Shown in pieces: positions 57,989 to 64,000 of a stretch of DNA of 64,000 nucleotides. Numbering within the stretch: position 1 is the stretch's first letter; every line of letters begins with the position of its first letter. The DNA is from Clostridium sp. CAG:964 (GTDB taxonomy: Bacteria; Bacillota; Clostridia; Oscillospirales; Acutalibacteraceae): NCBI GenBank assembly GCA_000435335.1, contig FR891307.1, positions 1,300 through 65,299 on the forward strand, written 5' to 3'. The position numbers and the translations under genes are program-made. The notes beneath the pieces are model-generated. The model worked only from the letters and a program-made list of their open reading frames with translations. It ran no database searches and had not been told where the DNA came from.

Positions 57989-59788
57989 TTAATCCTGTGT
58001 TTCTTCCTTTTCCTTAACGGTTACAGCAATGCCCAAATCATCAAGCTGCTGCTTTTCTATAGAGCTTGGTGCATTTGTCATAGGCTCCGACGCATTCTGT
58101 ACCTTTGGAAAAGCTACAACATCTCTTAGTGTAGGTGCTTTAATCATTTGCATTACAAGTCTGTCAAGACCTATGCCCATACCGCCATGAGGCGGTGCAC
58201 CGTACTTAAAGGCGTCGGTTAAGAAGCCGAACTTTTTGTAAGCCTCTTCGTCACTTAAACCAAGCAGGCTAAACATTCTCTTTTGCAGGTCGGGATTAGT
58301 AATACGAATAGAGCCTGACGACAGCTCAATGCCGTTAAGAACCATATCGTAGGCTTTAGCATAAACCTTGCCCTTATCATCCTCAAGAGTGTCCATACAC
58401 TCATCGGTAGGTGATGTAAATGGGTGGTGCATAGCAACCCATGCTTCACTTTCCTTGTCATACTCAAAGAACGGGAAGTCAACTACCCATAGGAAGTTAT
58501 AACCGTCTTTAATAATATTCAGCTTGTTGGCAACCTCACATCTTAATGCACCCAATGTGGTAAGAACAGTGTTGCTTTCTGTGTCCGCCACAATCATAAC
58601 AACATCGCCCTTTTCGGCACCTGCGGCAGTTAATATTGCCTGCATTTCTTCGTCAGTCATAAACTTTGCAAAGCTTGATGCAATACCGTCATCTGTCATT
58701 CTTATCCAAGCAAGACCCTTTGCACCTATACCACGCACATATTCGGTAAGCTTGTCAATCTCCTTACGGGAGTAGGTTTTTACTGCATTTTTTGCTGTAA
58801 TGCCTCTTACACTGCCGCCGCCCTCTATAGCATTTTTAAAAACGCCAAAGCCGCAGTTCCTTACAGCCTCTGTAAGGTCAAACAGCTCCATTTCAAAGCG
58901 TGTGTCAGGCTTGTCAGAACCAAAACGCTCCATAACCTGGTTGTAGGTATAGCGTGGGAACGGTGTAGGAATATCAATATCAAGGGTATCCTTAAATACT
59001 CTTTTTATGTAGCCCTCGCCAATAGCCAAAACATCCTCCATATCCACAAAGGACATTTCAAGGTCAATCTGCGTAAACTCCGGCTGACGGTCGGCACGCA
59101 AATCCTCATCTCTGAAGCATCTTGCAATCTGCATATATCTGTCAAAGCCGGCAACCATACACAGCTGCTTATAAATTTGCGGTGACTGCGGCAAAGCGTA
59201 GAAGCTGCCCTTGTGTATTCTTGACGGCACCAAGAAATCTCTTGCACCCTCAGGAGTAGACTTAATAAGCATAGGTGTTTCAATTTCAATAAAGCCCTGC
59301 TCATCAAAATAGTCACGGGTTACCTTTGCTATTTTATGTCTTAGCATAATGTTCTGCTGCAGGTCAGGACGACGCAAATCAAGATAACGGTATTTTAATC
59401 TTGTAAGCTCACCTGTTGTTGAGTTTGGAACAATCTCAAACGGCGGTGTTTCGCTTTCACCTAAAATTCTAAGCTCCTCAACGGCAATTTCAACATCACC
59501 TGTTGCAATCTTATTTGTTTTAGCGCTTCTCTCCCTTACCGTACCGACTACACCTAAAACATATTCGCTTTTTACGGCAGCCGCTTTTTCAAAAACAGCC
59601 TTGTCTGTTGTGTCGTCAAGTGCAAGCTGCAAAATGCCTGTACGGTCTCTAAGGTCAATAAAAATAAGCTGACCTAAATCACGCTGGCGTTGTACCCAGC
59701 CGAAAACAGTAACCTTTTTGCCGCAGTCCTCTATTCTTAGGCTGCCGCAATAGTTAGTTCTTTTTAAGCCTGTCATAAATTCAGCCAT
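57989..59788 (-). CDS. aspS: Aspartate--tRNA ligase
   Basis: 599 aa. Class II motifs, the anticodon-binding OB fold and a GAD insertion domain. Confidence 0.95.
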   Translation of the reverse strand: MAEFMTGLKRTNYCGSLRIEDCGKKVTVFGWVQRQRDLGQLIFIDLRDRTGILQLALDDTTDKAVFEKAAAVKSEYVLGVVGTVRERSAKTNKIATGDVEIAVEELRILGESETPPFEIVPNSTTGELTRLKYRYLDLRRPDLQQNIMLRHKIAKVTRDYFDEQGFIEIETPMLIKSTPEGARDFLVPSRIHKGSFYALPQSPQIYKQLCMVAGFDRYMQIARCFRDEDLRADRQPEFTQIDLEMSFVDMEDVLAIGEGYIKRVFKDTLDIDIPTPFPRYTYNQVMERFGSDKPDTRFEMELFDLTEAVRNCGFGVFKNAIEGGGSVRGITAKNAVKTYSRKEIDKLTEYVRGIGAKGLAWIRMTDDGIASSFAKFMTDEEMQAILTAAGAEKGDVVMIVADTESNTVLTTLGALRCEVANKLNIIKDGYNFLWVVDFPFFEYDKESEAWVAMHHPFTSPTDECMDTLEDDKGKVYAKAYDMVLNGIELSSGSIRITNPDLQKRMFSLLGLSDEEAYKKFGFLTDAFKYGAPPHGGMGIGLDRLVMQMIKAPTLRDVVAFPKVQNASEPMTNAPSSIEKQQLDDLGIAVTVKEKEETQD

Positions 59789-59827
59789 TGGAATTACCTC
59801 TTTTTTCTTTAATTTGTTGTTTTAATT

Positions 59828-61141
59828 TTACTGAATATCTTCAATATTCGCCGTACCTGAAATTTGGTACTCTGTATAGTGGTGGAAAAAGGCGTTAATA
59901 AACTGCTCGTCCAACGGCACCTCGGTTTTCTCGCCTGTTTCCATATTTTTCAGTATAGCCTTATTCTCGTTAATTTCGTTTTCGCCTATTACCATACTGA
60001 ATTTTGCACCTATTTTATCGGCGTACTTCATTTGTGCACGCAGGCTTCTGCCTACAATGTCACATTCTGCTATAAGTGAGGTTTCACGAACCTCCTTAAC
60101 AAGTGTAAAGGCCTTTTTCTGTGCCTCCTCGCCTAAGCCGGCAATATAAATATCGCAGCTGGGCGGTAAAGGAATTTCTATGCCCTGCTTCTCCATAAGT
60201 GCCAGCAAACGCTCCATTCCCAAGCCAAAGCCCAGTGACGGTGTGTGCTGACCGCCCAGCTCTTCAATAAGCCCGTCATATCTTCCGCCGCCGCAAACCG
60301 TGCCCTGTGAGCCAAGCCTTGTAGTAACAAACTCAAAAACAGTTTTTGTGTAATAGTCAAGTCCACGAACAATTTTAGGGTTTACAATATACGGAATTTC
60401 AGCCGCATCTAAATATGCCTTAACCTGCTGAAAATGATTTTTGCAGTCGTCACACAAATAATCCAAAACAACAGGTGCGTCTTTTGCAATTTCTGAACAT
60501 ACAGGGCTTTTACAGTCCAGTATTCTCATTGGATTTTTCTCTAAGCGGGACAAGCAGGTATCACACAGCTTATCCTTATAGCCTTCAAAATATTTTTTCA
60601 AAGCCTTGTGGTATTCTGCACGGCAGGCCGGACAGCCTATAGAGTTAAGCTCCAGCTGCAAATCCGTAACACCCAAGCGGTCAAACAAAGTAGTAGCCAG
60701 GCTTATTATTTCGGCGTCTGCCGCCGGACTTGACGCACCGTAAAGCTCTACGCCAAACTGGTGGAACTCTCTGTAACGGTTTGCCTGCTTCTTTTCATAC
60801 CTGTAGCAGGAATCAAAGTAATATGTCTTTATAGGCAGGCCGTCATTATATACGGCATGCTCAAGCACAGCACGAGCCGCACCGGATGTACCCTCCGGCC
60901 GCAGTGAAAGAGACGTGCCTCCCTTTGTATTGAATGTGTACATTTCCTTTTGTACAACATCGGTAGTGTCGCCAACGCCTCTCTGGAAAAGCTCTGTATG
61001 CTCAAAAACAGGCGTTCTTATTTCCTTAAAGCCATAGGCTGCTGCCTCACTTCGCATAATATCTTCAATAAGCTGCCACTTGTAGCTATCCTTTGGCAGC
61101 ACATCCTCTGCACCGTATACCCTTTTTGTTATAAGCGACAT
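59828..61141 (-). CDS. hisS: Histidine--tRNA ligase
   Basis: 437 aa. Class II aaRS HisS motifs and a C-terminal anticodon-binding domain. Confidence 0.95.
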   Translation of the reverse strand: MSLITKRVYGAEDVLPKDSYKWQLIEDIMRSEAAAYGFKEIRTPVFEHTELFQRGVGDTTDVVQKEMYTFNTKGGTSLSLRPEGTSGAARAVLEHAVYNDGLPIKTYYFDSCYRYEKKQANRYREFHQFGVELYGASSPAADAEIISLATTLFDRLGVTDLQLELNSIGCPACRAEYHKALKKYFEGYKDKLCDTCLSRLEKNPMRILDCKSPVCSEIAKDAPVVLDYLCDDCKNHFQQVKAYLDAAEIPYIVNPKIVRGLDYYTKTVFEFVTTRLGSQGTVCGGGRYDGLIEELGGQHTPSLGFGLGMERLLALMEKQGIEIPLPPSCDIYIAGLGEEAQKKAFTLVKEVRETSLIAECDIVGRSLRAQMKYADKIGAKFSMVIGENEINENKAILKNMETGEKTEVPLDEQFINAFFHHYTEYQISGTANIEDIQ

Positions 61142-61310
61142 ATAAAAACCTCCGTTTTTATTTTTACACAGCCGCCGTACTTTGGTTTAAGCCCTTACTC
61201 AGCAGCCGTAATATTTATGTACAATTAAAAATAGGGGCAGAGCACAGTCTACCCCTACCAATATTTTATTTTACTATATTATCGCAAAAGTTACAAGACG
61301 CTTAGTCTAC

Positions 61311-61709
61311 TTATTTTACAATATTTCTCCAGTCAAGGTCGCCACGCTCCAAACCGTGGATAAGCATTTCGGCTGTTGCAATGTTTGTAGCAACAGGAAT
61401 ATTGTGCATATCGCAAAGTCTTAGCAGGTTCATATCGTTTGGCTCCAAAGGCTTTGGATTAAGAGGATCTCTGAAAAACAGAAGCATATCAATTTCATTG
61501 TATGCAATTTGTGCGGCTATTTGTTGGTCGCCGCCCTGTGAACCACTTAAAAATCTTTGAATCTCCAAACCGGTAGCCTCTGCAACCAGCTTACCGGTAG
61601 TACCTGTAGCACATATTGAATATCTGCTTAAAATACCACAGTAGGCTATGCAAAACTGCACCATTAATTCTTTCTTTTCGTCATGAGCAATTAAGGCTAT
61701 TTTCATCAT
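61311..61709 (-). CDS. mgsA: Methylglyoxal synthase
   Basis: [12 protein letters not shown]... MGS-like domain with the catalytic Asp/His context. 132 aa. Confidence 0.85.
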   Translation of the reverse strand: MMKIALIAHDEKKELMVQFCIAYCGILSRYSICATGTTGKLVAEATGLEIQRFLSGSQGGDQQIAAQIAYNEIDMLLFFRDPLNPKPLEPNDMNLLRLCDMHNIPVATNIATAEMLIHGLERGDLDWRNIVK

Positions 61710-61746
61710 TATCCTTCTTTCTTAGGTGAAATTAAATACATTCTCA

Positions 61747-62484
61747 TCAGCAAATAAGCAGCGGCACATTTTCGCCGTCTATCCTTGCCGCAATTCTGTC
61801 TATTGCCGTAAGGGCTGAACATTTTTTCTTGTAGGCAAGCCCCTTTTGTATAGAAGCAACTACCTGTCTGTTTTCTGTAATTATTCCTATCAGCTGAATA
61901 CCCGACTCATCAATAATACTGTCTAAATCCGGATAAAAGGCAAGCTCCCTAAACATAGCTACAGAAAACCTGTTAATAATAAGCCGTATGTTGGTTTTAC
62001 CTATTTCGGTAAGCTTTTTTCTTACATTTACACAGCCTCTTAAGCTTGTAGGCTCGGTGTTTGCTATAACCAGGCACAAATCGGCAGGAAGCACGGCAGT
62101 GTCAAAGCCCTTCCCCACTCCTGCGGGAGAATCTATAATAATATAATCATAACGGCTGCGTACATTATCCGTAAACTGCTTTAATATAAGCGGGCTAAGC
62201 TCGTCCTCGGCATTTTGCGGTGCCGGTATAAGGCTTAAGCCGTCAATATGACCGCACGGGTAAATAATCTGTTCTGCCGTGCAATTACCGCACACGGCAT
62301 CTGCAATATCAAAAACAAGGCTCTTGCTTATACCCATCATAATATCCAGCCCTCGCATACCGGAATCACAGTCAATAAGCAACACCTTATGCCCACGCTT
62401 AACAAGTGCTGTGCCCAAGGTAACGCACACTGTGGATTTACCCGTACCGCCCTTGCCGGACGCAACAGAAATTATCTTACCCAT
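61747..62484 (-). CDS. MinD/ParA-family P-loop ATPase (orphan)
   Basis: Deviant Walker A SGKGGTGKST. 245 aa. No minC/minE or parB adjacent. Confidence 0.7.
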   Translation of the reverse strand: MGKIISVASGKGGTGKSTVCVTLGTALVKRGHKVLLIDCDSGMRGLDIMMGISKSLVFDIADAVCGNCTAEQIIYPCGHIDGLSLIPAPQNAEDELSPLILKQFTDNVRSRYDYIIIDSPAGVGKGFDTAVLPADLCLVIANTEPTSLRGCVNVRKKLTEIGKTNIRLIINRFSVAMFRELAFYPDLDSIIDESGIQLIGIITENRQVVASIQKGLAYKKKCSALTAIDRIAARIDGENVPLLIC

Positions 62485-62844
62485 AAACTTGCCTTTCTTA
62501 TAAAATCTTCTGTCTTTCTAGGCAGAAGGCCAACAGCAAATGGTTAAAGCCTGCCCTAAATACTGTCTTGTTACTATTTTAACAGGAATTTCCCTATAAG
62601 TCAAATAATTTATAAAACTTTTTTGAGTAAATTGCACATTTTTATTTACTAAATGTACTGTACATTATTTTAAACTAACATTTATATAAAAGCTATTCTG
62701 AATAATTCAACAAAGACCCTCCCGTCATTATACATATAAGCGACAGCTTTTATATAATCATTATCTGCCGTTTCATATTAATCCACAATTAAAAACCATT
62801 AATATAGCATAAATTGTGAATATGATAAAAAATGTCAAACGGCG

Positions 62845-62872
62845 TTGCTTTTAGGAAGATATGTGATACAAT
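62845..62872 (+). promoter_or_regulatory. Candidate promoter for the downstream membrane glycosyltransferase-like gene
   Basis: TTGCTT-16 nt-TGATACAAT (extended -10), about 40 nt upstream of the GGAGG RBS. Confidence 0.4.
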
Positions 62873-62914
62873 ATAAGCTGGTTTATATTGTAGTATTTTA
62901 AGGAGGAAAAATAT

Positions 62915-64000
62915 TTGAACAGATTAAAGGTAAAAGCCAATACTGCATTTAACTATGTTTTCGCCTTACTATTTGGCATTATCACTGTACTTGTGGTTGT
63001 TGTGCTTTTCAAAAACATATTTGTTATTTTATTTGCCCTGGCTGCACTGTTTGTTTTTACTGCGGCAGGAACATATATTTACACCAACAAAAAAACGCCT
63101 ACCGCCAAGCAAGCTGACATAGCCTGCGGCATAATTTTGGCCGTTATGTTTATTCTTCAGCTTATATCCGGCTGGTGTTTAATGAGTAAACCGATAACCG
63201 ACTGGGGTACTGTAGACCACATGGCCCACAACTTTGCAACAGACGGTAATTTTGACGATATGTACAGAGGACTTAAACCCGCCAGCAGAGGCTATATGGC
63301 ACGGTATCCAAACAATAACGGCATACTTATTTTGCTGTCGCTTTACTATAGGGCTATATACCTAATAATGGGCGATGTACCTAATTATGCACCGATTCTG
63401 CTAAACACTGTATTCATCGCAGTTGCTGTATTATTTACATTTTTAACGGCAAGAAAAATCTTCAAGCCATATGGCGTAATAATGACTGTTGTGTTTTGCT
63501 TCCTGTTTATGCCGTATTACACTTATACAGCCTATTATTACAGCGATTCCTTAAGCATACCGTTTACGGTAATGTCTGTATATTTCATTGTACTAAGTGC
63601 CAAGCTGCCAAAAGAAAGGCTTGTGCAAAGGCTTATTTACCTTGCCCTGTCTGCATTGTTCATTTCGGTCGGCTACACAATAAAGGGCAGTCTGCTTGTT
63701 ATTTTGGTTGGTGCCGTAGTATATTTAGTGCTGTACAACAAGCTAAAGCAAGCGCTGATAAGCATTTTGTGCCTTGTAGTTGCATTTGCAGTTTTCAACA
63801 CCGGCATAAAAACATTTATTAATTCATTTGAATTTACTACAAAAGAGGAGCTTTACGAGGAACAGTTCCCTATTAACCATTGGATTATGATGGGACTTTA
63901 CGGTGACGGCGGCTTCCATCAAGAGGACGCTGTGTATACAAACAACGCAGGAAACTATGACCAGAAAAAAGCGGCTGACAATAAAATGATTGTTAAGCGG
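62915..64000 (+). CDS. Polytopic membrane protein, possibly a GT-C-type (PMT/ArnT-like) glycosyltransferase; 3' end lies beyond the window
   Basis: The frame is open from a TTG at 62915 (GGAGG 8 nt upstream) to the window end. It was not in the ORF track because it has no stop in the window. There are more than 8 predicted TM helices with Tyr/Trp-rich loops. Confidence 0.5.
   Translation, partial: MNRLKVKANTAFNYVFALLFGIITVLVVVVLFKNIFVILFALAALFVFTAAGTYIYTNKKTPTAKQADIACGIILAVMFILQLISGWCLMSKPITDWGTVDHMAHNFATDGNFDDMYRGLKPASRGYMARYPNNNGILILLSLYYRAIYLIMGDVPNYAPILLNTVFIAVAVLFTFLTARKIFKPYGVIMTVVFCFLFMPYYTYTAYYYSDSLSIPFTVMSVYFIVLSAKLPKERLVQRLIYLALSALFISVGYTIKGSLLVILVGAVVYLVLYNKLKQALISILCLVVAFAVFNTGIKTFINSFEFTTKEELYEEQFPINHWIMMGLYGDGGFHQEDAVYTNNAGNYDQKKAADNKMIVKR

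Noticed and set aside
61142-61310. Possible T-box leader upstream of hisS-aspS
   Set aside because: Only about 170 nt are available. No GGGTGGTACC-type T-box motif was found on the coding strand, and the only hairpin (aggggcagagcacagtctacccct) looks like a weak mgsA terminator. Rfam would settle it.
1-64000. Looked for CRISPR arrays, transposases, integrases, phage genes, toxin-antitoxin or restriction-modification genes
   Set aside because: None were recognised. No regularly spaced direct repeats beyond the short tandem repeats reported, and no recombinase-like ORFs. The pilus locus is not flanked by mobile-element hallmarks.

Overview
This 64-kb window looks like a low-GC Firmicutes (Clostridia-type) chromosome, possibly Ruminococcaceae-like. 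No rRNA, CRISPR, transposase or integrase was seen, so most of the window is core genome.

Housekeeping content:
- Several syntenic housekeeping blocks are present: alaS with a T-box leader, prfC, hemW, the tig-clpP-clpX-lon-engB block, rimM-trmD, lysA, thrC, the lepB-ylqF-rnhB-yraN cluster, prfB, uvrC, rsmD-coaD, aspS-hisS and mgsA.
- Two isolated tRNA-Leu genes are present (anticodons CAA and CAG).

Stand-out feature:
- An ~13-kb minus-strand type IV pilus (Tfp) locus spans 17103..29949. It encodes two paralogous pilins, a PilM-PilN fusion, a PilO-like protein, prepilin peptidase PilD, assembly ATPase PilB, retraction ATPase PilT, platform PilC, an 822-aa minor-pilin-like protein and two pseudopilins.
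- The first pilin (pilA2) is preceded by a 3 x 13-bp tandem repeat.
- The second pilin (pilA1) has its own consensus promoter and a terminator.
- PilT carries a C-terminal (P/G/M) repeat encoded by a 9-bp tandem DNA repeat.
- A secreted, C-terminally anchored GH13 alpha-amylase lies immediately downstream of the locus.

Other notable items:
- RF2 (prfB) lacks the canonical +1 frameshift site.
- A standalone histidine-phosphotransfer (Hpt) domain protein sits next to a zinc-ribbon, N/Q-repeat membrane protein.
- thyX is paired with a thymidylate kinase-like gene (tmk).
- A 350-bp AT-rich non-coding region lies upstream of rimM.

I cannot prove from sequence alone that anything here is a wholly new system. 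The Tfp locus, especially its large minor pilin, its regulatory repeat and the adjacent amylase, is the most promising target.
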